A stretch of DNA of 64,000 nt from NCBI GenBank assembly GCA_963772365.1, contig CAVYXA010000004.1:64001-128000 (forward strand), in the 5' to 3' direction. Under the pieces are notes generated by a model. The model saw only the letters and a list, made by a program, of their open reading frames with translations. It did no database searches and was not told where the DNA came from. Each line of letters begins with the position of its first letter. Within the stretch, counting starts at the first letter, position 1. A program made the position numbers and the translations under genes. The DNA is from an uncultured Verrucomicrobiae bacterium (lineage in GTDB: Bacteria; Verrucomicrobiota; Verrucomicrobiia; Chthoniobacterales; UBA10450). Shown here piece by piece: positions 48,840-58,602 of this stretch.

Positions 48840-49084
48840 TTATCCGCTTGCACCGGCGGCATGATCGCGAGTTCTTCATCCGGTGTTGGTTTGTAATTTC
48901 GATCTACAAATTCCACACCGGCGCCGATCAAAATTGTTTTGTCGTGGACACGAAGTGGAGGCGTTTGGGAATAGATCTGTTCGAGTAAATCGCCAACTGT
49001 CGATCCTGGCGGAACATCGATATCCGTTTCCGGAACGCCGACTATATCGCGCAGCTGAACGTAAAACTGGACCAGAATTGTCAT
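48840..49084 (-). CDS. moaD: MoaD/ThiS sulfur carrier with a 1-nt deletion in the terminal Gly-Gly codons
   Basis: VQFYVQLRDIVG..STVGDLL..ELAIMPPVQ. The sequence caagcggataa becomes caa ggc gga taa (QGG*) if one G is restored. Confidence 0.8.
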
Positions 49085-49208
49085 TTGATCTCGATGAAAG
49101 AATTTTCTGCCGAAATTATCTGGAATTTTGAAACGGGCTCACTAATGTGGGCGGCAGCCGCGAGCACGCGCGAGGTTTGAAAAGCGCCCCTGGGTGAAAA
49201 AGTTTGCC

Positions 49209-49841
49209 ATGCCAGAAAAAGTCCGACCGACCGAACAAATGCTGGAATTGAACGAGGAGGAAGGGCTTTCGCCCGAGCATCTCGATTCGCAGGTTCAGAA
49301 GGCGCAGGAACAACTGCTCCAGCTTAAGCGTCAGCAGGAGCAAATCGAAAAACAAAAACGGGAACTGGAAGAGCTGAGTCGCCGTCAGGAAGAACTCGAG
49401 CGCGGGCGGGCGGAGATGACCGATAAGTTAACGCGGTCGCTCGTTGTATTGGAACGCGAAGGTTACGAAACTCAAAAACGTCTCGAACAGATCCGGGCGA
49501 TGCGGGAAAGTTTCGGTCAGCATTTGGAATTGATCGAGGCAATCGATCCGAAAACATGGAACCCGGCCGACTTGCACAAGGAGTTGAGCAGGGCGTTGAG
49601 CGCAGTTGATGATGCCCGGGCGGAATACAGTCAGCAGCGCAGCCGGCTTCAAGCTTCTGCCGGCGAAAACAGCGGAGATGTGGATTTGCCCGAAGCTGCT
49701 CCGGGCACGGCAGGTTTGTTCAACGGCGGACGTTCCTTCGGGCGATGGATACAGATCGGGTTCGCGTTTAGTCTCCCGTTAATCATTTTCGGATTTATCG
49801 CGCTACTCCTTTTCTTCTGGATGGCATCGAAAGGCCCGTAA
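49209..49841 (+). CDS. Hypothetical coiled-coil protein with C-terminal TM anchor
   Basis: E/Q/K/R-rich heptads and a hydrophobic C-terminus. Confidence 0.75.
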   Translation: MPEKVRPTEQMLELNEEEGLSPEHLDSQVQKAQEQLLQLKRQQEQIEKQKRELEELSRRQEELERGRAEMTDKLTRSLVVLEREGYETQKRLEQIRAMRESFGQHLELIEAIDPKTWNPADLHKELSRALSAVDDARAEYSQQRSRLQASAGENSGDVDLPEAAPGTAGLFNGGRSFGRWIQIGFAFSLPLIIFGFIALLLFFWMASKGP

Positions 49842-49846
49842 CTCGC

Positions 49847-50209
49847 ATGCTTCGTCGCCTGAGTAGATCGGACACGGCGCTCGATCAAAGTAAAGAAGCG
49901 CTCGCCCGCCGCGAATCGGAATTGCGCGAAAAAATGGCACAGCTCGAGCGGATGATCGAGGAGGCGCCGCGTGTCGCAGAGGAAACATTGCGGAAACAGC
50001 GGGACGAATTGTTGCTGCGCGCTAACGAAGGCGGCAGAAGATTGGACGTATCGATAGCGCTCCAGGATAAACGCCGCAGTTATGCGGATGCGCCTCGACC
50101 TCGCGGATCGCTTCGCAAAGAGCGGCGGGAAGGTCGAATTATCTTCCTTGTGCTCGTGATCGCGCTTGCGGTTGCGGTGACCTGGCTGGTGAGTCATTTG
50201 CATTTCTAG
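49847..50209 (+). CDS. Hypothetical coiled-coil protein with C-terminal TM anchor
   Basis: Charged helix followed by IIFLVLVIALAVAVTWLV; directly precedes gatC. Confidence 0.7.
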   Translation: MLRRLSRSDTALDQSKEALARRESELREKMAQLERMIEEAPRVAEETLRKQRDELLLRANEGGRRLDVSIALQDKRRSYADAPRPRGSLRKERREGRIIFLVLVIALAVAVTWLVSHLHF

Positions 50210-50211
50210 CA

Positions 50212-50502
50212 ATGGCGAACAGTTCCGATCTCGATGTTGCGTACGTAGCCAGATTGGCCCGACTCAATTTGACTCAGGCAGAAACAGAACTCTTCCAAAG
50301 GCAGCTTGGTGAAGTATTGCAATACGCCGATAAGTTACGCCAGGTTGACGTGACGAATGTAGAACCGGCGGCGCACGATGTTGAAATGTTTAATGTTTTC
50401 CACGAGGACGATCCGCGCGATTGGTTCACAGCCGAAGAGGCTTTGAGCAATGCTCCGCGGAAGGCGAACGGCCTTTTTATCGTCACAAAAGTCGTGGAAT
50501 GA
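50212..50502 (+). CDS. gatC: Asp/Glu-tRNA amidotransferase subunit C
   Basis: [32 protein letters not shown]. Confidence 0.95.
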   Translation: MANSSDLDVAYVARLARLNLTQAETELFQRQLGEVLQYADKLRQVDVTNVEPAAHDVEMFNVFHEDDPRDWFTAEEALSNAPRKANGLFIVTKVVE

Positions 50503-51957
50503 GCCGGCCTGATCTGCCGGCGTTTACCATCGCCGAGCTTCGACATCTTCTTCATCGCCGCGAGATTTCACCGCGCGAAGTGGTCGAAGCTCTGCGAAGC
50601 AGGATTGAAGATGTCGATGGAAAAATCAGCGCCTATCTCTCAATCGATTTTGAAGCCGCACTGGAAGAGGCGGACAAAGTTGATGTCGATCTTCCACTCG
50701 GCGGTGTGCCAATCGCGATCAAGGACATCATCAACGTCGCCGGCCAGCCGTGCACATGTGCCTCGAAGATTCTGCGGAATTATCGAGCGAACTATGATGC
50801 GACCGTAATCCGGAAGCTGCGCACCGCCGGGGCGATTCCGTTGGGAAAAACAAATCTGGATGAATTTGCAATGGGTTCATCCACCGAAAACTCGAGCGTA
50901 CAGCCAAGTCGTAATCCGTGGGATCTCTCGCGCGTGCCCGGTGGATCCAGTGGTGGATCGGCTGCCGCGGTTGCGGCCGATGCCGCTTTTGCCGCGCTTG
51001 GAACGGATACCGGCGGTTCCATTCGACAACCCGCGTCGCTCACAGGTGTGGTCGGTGTGAAACCGACTTATGGACGAGTTTCGCGGTTCGGCGTTGTCGC
51101 GTTTGCCTCTTCGCTCGATCAGGTTGGACCGTTAACGAAAACGGTGCGGGATGCAGCCCTCATCTTGCAGTCGATTGCAGGAAAAGATCCGCAGGACACA
51201 ACCTGCTTGAATCAACCAGTGCCGGACTACTCGGCCAAATTCGAGGACAGTCTCCGAGGGATTCGGCTGGGCTTGCCGCGGGAGTACATGAGTCACGCAA
51301 TTGATCAGCAGGCGAAAACTGCAATCGACGCAGCGACCGCGCAGTTGCAATCGCTCGGCGCGGAGATTGTCGAAGTTTCTCTGCCTCACACCGATTATGC
51401 GGTGGCGGTTTATTACATACTCGCCACGGCCGAAGCATCGGCTAATCTGGCCCGTTTCGATGGTGTGCGTTACGGATATCGCGCCGAAAATCCTGTCGAT
51501 CTTCTCGATCATTATGGACGCACCCGCGGGGAAGCTTTCGGGCCAGAAGTGAAACGGAGGATTATTCTGGGAACGTACAGTTCTCAGCTCCGGATATTAC
51601 GACGCCTATTATCTACACGCGCAGAAAGTGAGACAACTGATCCGACAGGATTTCGCAAACGCGTTCGAAAAAGTCGATGCGCTCATTACTCCAACTTCGC
51701 CGGGGCCGGCATTTAAGATTGGGGAACGCCGTGAGGACCCATTGCAAATGTATCTCGCCGATATTTTCACAATTGCGGCGAACCTGGCGGGAATTTGCGC
51801 GATTAGTGTGCCGTGCGGTTTTGCCAGGATCGACAATTCTGAGTTACCGATCGGACTGCAATTGTTAGGCAAAGCGTTCGATGAAGCATGCCTGCTTAAA
51901 ATTGCGCACGCTTACGAGCAAAGCACCGATTGGCACAAGGCGAAGCCGCGACTGTGA
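50499..51957 (+). CDS. gatA: Asp/Glu-tRNA amidotransferase subunit A, with a +1 frameshift at about 51579
   Basis: [45 protein letters not shown]. Removing the A at 51579 restores [14 protein letters not shown]. Confidence 0.95.
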
Positions 51958-51964
51958 AGTCTTT

Positions 51965-52660
51965 TCAATGCCGCAATAGACGACTCGCGAGGGCAATCAA
52001 CCAGCGGCAGAAAAACCTCAGGGCGATCCCAAATGACATTTTCGATCGACCGTGCGCGCGATCCCGAAAAGAGATTGGAATTTCTTTGACCCGGAGATTG
52101 CTTCCGCCGTGAACGATGGTCTCGAAAAGAATTTTGAATCCGCTCGTTGGAGGAGCTATTTTTAAAAGCTGCGATCGAGAGATGGCAAAAAACCCGCACA
52201 TGGAATCGCGGACACCGGTTAGCGGATAAGCCAGAATGGACGCAGTTCGCGACATGATTCTCCGCCACAGCGGCCAACCTGGTGTCGATCCGCCGGGCAC
52301 ATAGCGGCTTCCAATCACCAGGTCCGCCGTTCCGGCGAGGATGGGATCGAGCAAATCTTTGATGCGCTCTGGCGGATGGCTGAGGTCGGAATCCATCACC
52401 ACTACGACGTCACCTTGCGCTGCACTGACGCCAGTCATGATAGCCGCTGCCAGTCCAGGCGCATCGGCGGCCTGGACTATCAATCGGGTTGGGCGATGGC
52501 TGGATAGAGATTGGATTACGGCGGCGGTCGAATCCGTGGAATTACCATCGACAAATAAGATTTCATGTAAAGGGATTGCGGTTTCCAAGATTTTCGCAAC
52601 GAGCGGACCAACGTTTTCGGATTCGTTCAGCGTTGGGACAATGATGGAAACTTTCGTCAT
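51965..52660 (-). CDS. GT2 polyprenol-monophosphomannose synthase-like glycosyltransferase
   Basis: SIIVPTLNE, VDGNSTD, MDSDLSHPP, GSRYVPGG, GFKI, SKM. Confidence 0.88.
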   Translation of the reverse strand: MTKVSIIVPTLNESENVGPLVAKILETAIPLHEILFVDGNSTDSTAAVIQSLSSHRPTRLIVQAADAPGLAAAIMTGVSAAQGDVVVVMDSDLSHPPERIKDLLDPILAGTADLVIGSRYVPGGSTPGWPLWRRIMSRTASILAYPLTGVRDSMCGFFAISRSQLLKIAPPTSGFKILFETIVHGGSNLRVKEIPISFRDRAHGRSKMSFGIALRFFCRWLIALASRLLRH

Positions 52661-52708
52661 GGCTGACGCTAAACCGGCACGCAGCACAATCTGGAGGACT
52701 CTTGAGAT

Positions 52709-54322
52709 TCAGGCTTCGCCGGAATGGATGATTTGCTTCAATTGCTGAACTACCTGTTTCCGAGCATCGCTATCATCAGCGCAGCCCCACACCGCAATCT
52801 CGAGCATTTGCGCGCCCACTTCGCGCCTTCCATGCAATGCCGCTCGAATACGTCCCCAGGCTGTCCAGTCTTCTTGCTCAGCTGCGGCCACATTTCTGTA
52901 GGACGACCGCGCGTCCCAGTAACAATAGAAGACGTGTAGTGGCACACCATGATCGTCGAACAAATAGGAGCGCAGCGGCAAGTCAGCGCCATTGATGTTG
53001 GCTAACCAGAATCCGCTGTCGCGTATCATGGTGAGGCCACTGGCAGGAAGGCATTTTTCCGGTCGATGGATTTTTACAAAGAGAGCAGCCGTGCGACCCG
53101 GCAGCCAATGAAAGAAGTACATCAGCCAATGGTGGCCATCCGGCGAGGTCCAACCCGCGCCTCCGCCATCGTCGTAGCGAAGCATCCTTGCCGCCTCGGG
53201 TGAGATTGGAACCGACTTGAAGTCCGCCTCGGATTTTGGCCAGGAAACAGCCCAGCGCGAATGGGGCGGTACGCGATGCAACCCGTACCAAAATTGAGCG
53301 CCGATCTCAGACAAAACCAACCAGAGAGTCAGCGCGGCGAGCAAGGGCAACTGCCGGCGGAAACGTTGCGTAATTTGAAAGATGTCGTTTGAGGAGTCGA
53401 GCCGCCGCGCCATTATTTTGCGATTCTCATGCCGGCGCATGAACAGACTCAGAAACCAAAGACCAAAAAGGCAAATCAGCAGAATGGTTAAACCAGCCGG
53501 ATCATGCCAGTTTTCTAAAGCATCGGTCCCGCGGTTCGCTCCGATCCACACCAGAATTGCTGTGCGCACAACATTGCTGATGAATGCGAGGATCCCGCCG
53601 GCCAACAGCAGAAACAGGCGGCGATACATCGTAAATGAGTAGAGTTCGCCCAGAAACAGCGAGATCATCAGTGTGGCTTGGAGTGACCGGACACCGCTGC
53701 AGGCTTCTTCAATTCCAATGAGGCCCGAGGTAACTTCAATCACGTTTCCATGTTGGAGTGCGGGAATGCCGGCGGCATTCAGGCCGGCAACATTGATCGC
53801 AGTCACCGCCCGCATTAGGCCTTGAATTACGAATTGCTCAAACCGAACAGGCCACGGAACAGCCACCAGAACAAAGCAAAAAGGGAAAGCAAAATGCCGC
53901 AGCCACGGCGCGCCGCCGATCAAATAAATTAAGCAAAGAGAAATCGTAAGCGCGATAAAAGCGAGTCCCCAACTGAGCAAGCGCCAATCTGGATTTGCTT
54001 CCGACAGAAATCGAATCGGAAGAAGAAGAAAGCTGAAAACAACAGTGGTAGCGATGGGAAAAGCTCGAGATTTCGGTGCGCTCCGCGATGATGGACGTTC
54101 CGGCCAGCGTTGCCAAAGAAGAAGAAAAATCGCGAGAAATGGAACCGCCCAACCGTAGCTGTACTGAGGGTTAAACGTCCACTCATTGCTCAAATGCTTG
54201 AAAACCTCAGCCCAGAGGAAAACCAAAAAGCCCAGGAACAATGAAGTCGGCCAGAGCGCGGGCGTAGTAGATGTCGATCGGAAAGAAATTGTGCGCGCCA
54301 TTACGGTTTTCATCGCCGGCAT
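52709..54322 (-). CDS. Exosortase fused to an EpsI-like C-terminal domain
   Basis: Multiple TM segments; QYSYG, EEACSGVRS (Cys), NVVR (Arg), WHD (His); C-terminal HRPEKCLPASG. Start uncertain. Confidence 0.88.
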   Translation of the reverse strand: MPAMKTVMARTISFRSTSTTPALWPTSLFLGFLVFLWAEVFKHLSNEWTFNPQYSYGWAVPFLAIFLLLWQRWPERPSSRSAPKSRAFPIATTVVFSFLLLPIRFLSEANPDWRLLSWGLAFIALTISLCLIYLIGGAPWLRHFAFPFCFVLVAVPWPVRFEQFVIQGLMRAVTAINVAGLNAAGIPALQHGNVIEVTSGLIGIEEACSGVRSLQATLMISLFLGELYSFTMYRRLFLLLAGGILAFISNVVRTAILVWIGANRGTDALENWHDPAGLTILLICLFGLWFLSLFMRRHENRKIMARRLDSSNDIFQITQRFRRQLPLLAALTLWLVLSEIGAQFWYGLHRVPPHSRWAVSWPKSEADFKSVPISPEAARMLRYDDGGGAGWTSPDGHHWLMYFFHWLPGRTAALFVKIHRPEKCLPASGLTMIRDSGFWLANINGADLPLRSYLFDDHGVPLHVFYCYWDARSSYRNVAAAEQEDWTAWGRIRAALHGRREVGAQMLEIAVWGCADDSDARKQVVQQLKQIIHSGEA

Positions 54323-54579
54323 AGCGTAGCGAAGTCCGAGCAGGTTGCGAGCCGCTTTGCTCCGCCGTTCATGTGTCCGACTGACTGTGGGTAGGATTGT
54401 TCGCCGAAATTCAATTCGCGGAAATATCCACTCGCCGCGCAAACTGGTCGAAGAGGATTCTATTGTTCTCGATGGTGTGATCGCCGGAGTATTTTTTTTG
54501 ACGGAATTTTCCTTGACCTCAGCGAGCGGGGCTGTCTAAAAGAGAACTCGAAACTACCGTTTTCGTGGGATGCGATTGT

Positions 54580-54616
54580 TATTGACGAGCGCAGCGCGAA
54601 TATGATAATTATGGAA
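54580..54616 (+). promoter_or_regulatory. Promoter motif TATTGACG-N13-TATGATAATTATGGAA
   Basis: TTGACG, 16 nt, GATAAT upstream of the PEP-CTERM gene. A copy lies at 57675-57711 on the minus strand. Confidence 0.65.
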
Positions 54617-54640
54617 ATCATCAGATAAACATCGAATCTT

Positions 54641-55291
54641 ATGAAGCTATCTAACAAGTTAATCGTCGCTCTTTTCGCCCTTTTTTTCCTCGCCAGCACT
54701 TCGGCGAATGCGGTTGTCGTCACTTGGGACCTCAATCCAACTAATGCAAATGGCGCCGTTGGATCGACAAGTCATACTTTCAATCAGAGCGGCTATCCCA
54801 TCACCGCGTATGGATTCGACAGGGTGTTCGGCCCGGATACCCCCCATGAACTCTATTACAAAAACGTTAATATTGACCATGGCCTCGGGCTCGTAAACAC
54901 GCTAGATAATGAGCTTCAGACCAACAACTACATTCAGTTCGACTTCAATTCTATTTTGACGCAAGGCTTCTCAGACGGTCAGATCAAAGTCAGCAGTGTC
55001 GATCCGGGTGAGTCATTCAACCTCTATGGCTCGAACACTCTGGGCAGCATTGGAACACTGCTAAACGGGTCACCCTACGGCAGCAATACCAACAATAGTT
55101 GGATCGATATCCCGAACTTCGGCAATTATAGATACGTTTCAGTGATCGCGGCGGTCGACGATGTGCTTCCATGGGCTATCCGAGCGACGGTCACCCCCAT
55201 TCCGGAAGCATCAACCGTGATTCCGGTTATCCTCCTGGTGATCGGTGCAACCGCGTTCGAGGTCCGTCGGCGCCATCGGGCCACTGCGTAG
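54641..55291 (+). CDS. PEP-CTERM-type sorted surface protein
   Basis: Signal peptide; C-terminal TPIPE + TM helix + RRRHR; divergent from the exosortase gene. Confidence 0.85.
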   Translation: MKLSNKLIVALFALFFLASTSANAVVVTWDLNPTNANGAVGSTSHTFNQSGYPITAYGFDRVFGPDTPHELYYKNVNIDHGLGLVNTLDNELQTNNYIQFDFNSILTQGFSDGQIKVSSVDPGESFNLYGSNTLGSIGTLLNGSPYGSNTNNSWIDIPNFGNYRYVSVIAAVDDVLPWAIRATVTPIPEASTVIPVILLVIGATAFEVRRRHRATA

Positions 55292-55314
55292 GATTTGCTT
55301 TTGTCGATTGGCGT

Positions 55315-55349
55315 GGCCGCTCTGGAAACGGGGCGGCCGCTCTTTTTTT
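55315..55349 (+). terminator. Intrinsic terminator
   Basis: Stem ggccgctctg-GAAA-cggggcggcc followed closely by T7. Confidence 0.75.
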
Positions 55350-55372
55350 CTGGTTGCCAACCAGCCCTGTGT

Positions 55373-57076
55373 CTACTGGATTTTGCTTTCAGCCGCGGTG
55401 AGCAACGCTCTTTCTTCGGGAAGCAGTTTCGCGCTCGCGCCGTACTTGAGATATTCACGCGCCTTCGTACTATCACCCGCGGCGGCTAGAAGGATGCCAT
55501 AATATGCCGCCAGGGAAGGCTCTTTTAATTCTTCTTCAGTTAGGCCGTTCATCACCTTCACCGCAGCGGCCGCGTCGCCTTTGCGGAAAAGCGAAAAAGC
55601 GTAGGTCGATGCATACGCTGGATTGGTCGTATCGGATTCGTAAAGCTCGGCGGCCACTCTGCAAGCGCGCTCCACATCTGTGTTCAGCAATAGGCTAACC
55701 TGCGCAAGATTGTTTTGGGCAATTTTGTCCTGGGGTCGCATTTCCACTACGCGGAGGAGCACGCGATGGAGACCAGGGGTGTCCCCGTCATCTACGTATT
55801 TTTGGTGAAGGCTTTGGAATGCTTCTAATTGCGTTTCCGGATATTTAGTAAGTGCCCAAAGCAACCCGAGCCACTCCTTCTCCCAGTGCCACTCTGCTGT
55901 GGCACGGGCCAGTGTGGAGAGAAATCCCGGTTGGGTCGATGCGTTCTTCTCCGCAGCGGACCACTCGCCGTCTGCCGCAACTGTCCTGCCCTGATTCCGC
56001 AGCGCCAAGGCCAAATACGCATGTCGCATGAAGTCAAACTGGCCCCAATCCTCCCTCTTCATCCGCGCTTCCAGATCTGGCCAATCCTGCAACTTTGCGT
56101 GGATCTCCGCTACCGCCATGGGAACGGGCCACTTATTTACAGTCTCTTTCGGCAATGTGCGGATGAAATCGACGGCGAGCAAGCTCATGCCGCTGGTCTT
56201 CATCCACGTTATCAACAAAGCCAAATTTGTCGGTTCCGAAATAGCGGCTTTCTCCAGCACGGACAAATATTCCGTAAAACTCGGCGCCCTCAATTGTCGC
56301 AAAATGTCCAAGTAAAGAAGGCGATCACTAAACGTGGCTTCCGGGTAGCCCTGAAGTTCCTTCGCGCGTGCCAGTAGTATGTCGCTGCTGATATGGCGCG
56401 CTGCTCCATCCCTGATCAAGGCGCGAGTTGCTGCCGCTCGCTGCTGCTCATCGTTGCGCAGCGAGTCGAGAATCTTACGACCCCGCTCACGTTTCATTTG
56501 ATCCTCTGATCGCAACAAGACGGACCCGAAGTCAAGTTGGTAAGACTTTTCGTTTGGGGCCAACTCTACGGCTCGAACCCAGTGTTGCTCCGCCTCCTTC
56601 GGTTGCCCCTTTTTCTCTGCCAGACGCGCCGCCGCGGCATGAAATGCCGCGGTATCCCGGCTATTCTGATCTACTCCTCCCAGTATTTTTTCCGCTGTGC
56701 CAACGTCATTGAATTGCAGCGCGCACAAGGCCAGGGCGAGCTGATTTGCTGTAGAGTGCGGTTCCAATTCCAGAGCTCTTCGGCGCCAACCGATCGCGGA
56801 ACGATCGCCGGTAACTTCTGCGATCTTAGCCATTACGTTAATGCCGGCTATGTTGTTCCCGTCCAGTTCCAACGCACGTCGGGCACTCAGTGCTGCTTGG
56901 CGGAGCTCGCCGCTGCTCAGGTAAGCCGCAGCCCGACGCGCCGAGTGCCGGGATTCAAATCCGCCATATAGTCGCCAGCCGCCCCAGCATACAAAAATAA
57001 AAAGAACAAATCCGAGCAAACTACCGACAATTAGTTTGATGTAAGTTCGCTGCGCTTTCTCAAGGGATTGTTCCAC
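55373..57076 (-). CDS. Membrane-anchored TPR-repeat protein
   Basis: N-terminal TM segment; repeated ARRALELD/RRALELEP/RAVELAP helices; AQNNLA. Confidence 0.8.
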   Translation of the reverse strand: MEQSLEKAQRTYIKLIVGSLLGFVLFIFVCWGGWRLYGGFESRHSARRAAAYLSSGELRQAALSARRALELDGNNIAGINVMAKIAEVTGDRSAIGWRRRALELEPHSTANQLALALCALQFNDVGTAEKILGGVDQNSRDTAAFHAAAARLAEKKGQPKEAEQHWVRAVELAPNEKSYQLDFGSVLLRSEDQMKRERGRKILDSLRNDEQQRAAATRALIRDGAARHISSDILLARAKELQGYPEATFSDRLLYLDILRQLRAPSFTEYLSVLEKAAISEPTNLALLITWMKTSGMSLLAVDFIRTLPKETVNKWPVPMAVAEIHAKLQDWPDLEARMKREDWGQFDFMRHAYLALALRNQGRTVAADGEWSAAEKNASTQPGFLSTLARATAEWHWEKEWLGLLWALTKYPETQLEAFQSLHQKYVDDGDTPGLHRVLLRVVEMRPQDKIAQNNLAQVSLLLNTDVERACRVAAELYESDTTNPAYASTYAFSLFRKGDAAAAVKVMNGLTEEELKEPSLAAYYGILLAAAGDSTKAREYLKYGASAKLLPEERALLTAAESKIQ

Positions 57077-57279
57077 GAGTTATTTTAACGCTAGAATTGA
57101 ACGTTCGCCAAAAGTGAACCGAATGCGCGGGCAAAAAACCCGCTCCAGCGCGATGTATTCCAACTGAGTGATGCCCCATATCACTCGCCGATGAGCACTC
57201 AACGTGCACGAAAATTGAGGTCGTAGTGTGGTTAGAGCAGCGCGGTTTCTTCAAGCCGCGGTACAGGCAAAGGCCGGTA

Positions 57280-57660
57280 TTAAGAATTTGAGCGCCGGCG
57301 GCGACGCGATTCAAACAGGGTGGCAACGACCACCAGTGTCCCGGCTGCCAAGAGACTGGCCATTTCCCGGAGCGTTGTGAGGGTCCTCTCAAAAACAATC
57401 GCGTGGTCAAAGAAATGGCGCTCCTGATCAAAACGAGAGGGAAGGCCGCGACCGCTGTCGGTGTAAGAATCCCGAGCTTCGGCCTGGCTGTTCATGAAAC
57501 TGCAGTTGTAAGTAGTGGCCGTTGCCAGAGCCAAATTTGAATTCTGGTAACTGGGGTTACCGGTACTCGCAGAGGTTCGGGAAATTCCGCTTGCCAAAAT
57601 AAGGGCCGAGAGAAAACATAGCAGGAGGCGATAGAAGCGAGAGCTCATTCTGGGGATCAT
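57280..57660 (-). CDS. Small exported protein with a degenerate PEP-CTERM-like tail
   Basis: Signal peptide; C-terminal TLRE + TM + ATLFESRRRRR resembles ATAFEVRRRHR of 54641-55291. Confidence 0.55.
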   Translation of the reverse strand: MIPRMSSRFYRLLLCFLSALILASGISRTSASTGNPSYQNSNLALATATTYNCSFMNSQAEARDSYTDSGRGLPSRFDQERHFFDHAIVFERTLTTLREMASLLAAGTLVVVATLFESRRRRRSNS

Positions 57661-57674
57661 CAAATTATCACTAC

Positions 57675-57711
57675 TTCCATAATTCTCATAATAGACTGCC
57701 AAGCGTCAATA
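57675..57711 (-). promoter_or_regulatory. Promoter motif TATTGACG-N13-TATGAGAATTATGGAA
   Basis: Same motif and spacing as 54580-54616. Confidence 0.65.
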
Positions 57712-57906
57712 GAAATTTAAGGTGCTGAAATCTCGCGACGCGGGTTTTGGAAATTCGCACGACCGAGCACCGGAACTGAGACTATAAGGGCAAGATTTCT
57801 CCGGAAGGAGTGCAGCCTCCTGACAATACGAGGACAGGCGGTTTTCGCCGTAACGCCAGATTCAGCGCCAGCGGCTGGGCTGAGATCCCGTCAACCCCGC
57901 AAAAAT

Positions 57907-58602
57907 TTACGAGCGTGAGCGGGTCGTGACCGAGAGCGGCTCCGCCGTTTCCAAATTCTTGATGACTGTGCTGAGATAAACGGATTGAGGATAAAACGCT
58001 TTGTATTTCGTTATCTCCGCCCGATTCAGAACCTTGAAACCGTAGCGTTCAAACATCCTTTCTCCCCGACGACTCTCAAAGGTCACGATCTGCCCATAAA
58101 CTCGCTTTTCTCCGGAGCGGTAGAGATAGCTTAAATATGCGCTCATCAACGCGCGCGTCGTCGACATCTTCCGCGCATCCGGCAAGAGGTTGATGTGAAA
58201 ATGCGGTGTCCGACGCGGCGGGGCCGGCACCTCTCTCCAGCCGTGCACCAGTGTCCAGCGAATGAATCGTCGCGACCGCTCTCGGTATCGGAAGTATCGC
58301 GTTAGCGCCTTGCCAAACAAGGAGACATTTTGCCAAAACGAGTAAAGCTGATTGCGAAGCGGTCTTCGGCAGCCGAGCAAATAACCACGAATCTCGCCAC
58401 TGATTTCCACGACAAACGATGATTCCGGTTCCCAATCGGTGTAGTAGGTCGTGAGAAAATCGGCGAATAATTGTCGATCTTCGTAAACTGGATCGATCGG
58501 TGTGCCCAAAAAACCCGTGTCGCAACACAACTTACGCACCGCGGCGCGATCCGACGTGCGATAACTGCGGATTACAAATGGCTTGGAATCGTCGATTTCC
58601 AT
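57907..58602 (-). CDS. GNAT-family acetyltransferase-like protein
   Basis: IRSYRTSDRAAVRKLC..TG, EPESSFV, GYLLG, HFHINLLP, FERYGF. Confidence 0.75.
   Translation of the reverse strand: MEIDDSKPFVIRSYRTSDRAAVRKLCCDTGFLGTPIDPVYEDRQLFADFLTTYYTDWEPESSFVVEISGEIRGYLLGCRRPLRNQLYSFWQNVSLFGKALTRYFRYRERSRRFIRWTLVHGWREVPAPPRRTPHFHINLLPDARKMSTTRALMSAYLSYLYRSGEKRVYGQIVTFESRRGERMFERYGFKVLNRAEITKYKAFYPQSVYLSTVIKNLETAEPLSVTTRSRS

Noticed and set aside
51570..51600. gatA frameshift as programmed frameshifting or a pseudogene
   Set aside because: No slippery site; gatA is normally essential and is intact on both sides, so a single-base sequencing insertion is more likely.
57720..57905. Intergenic region as a known riboswitch
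   Set aside because: No recognisable aptamer consensus on either strand.
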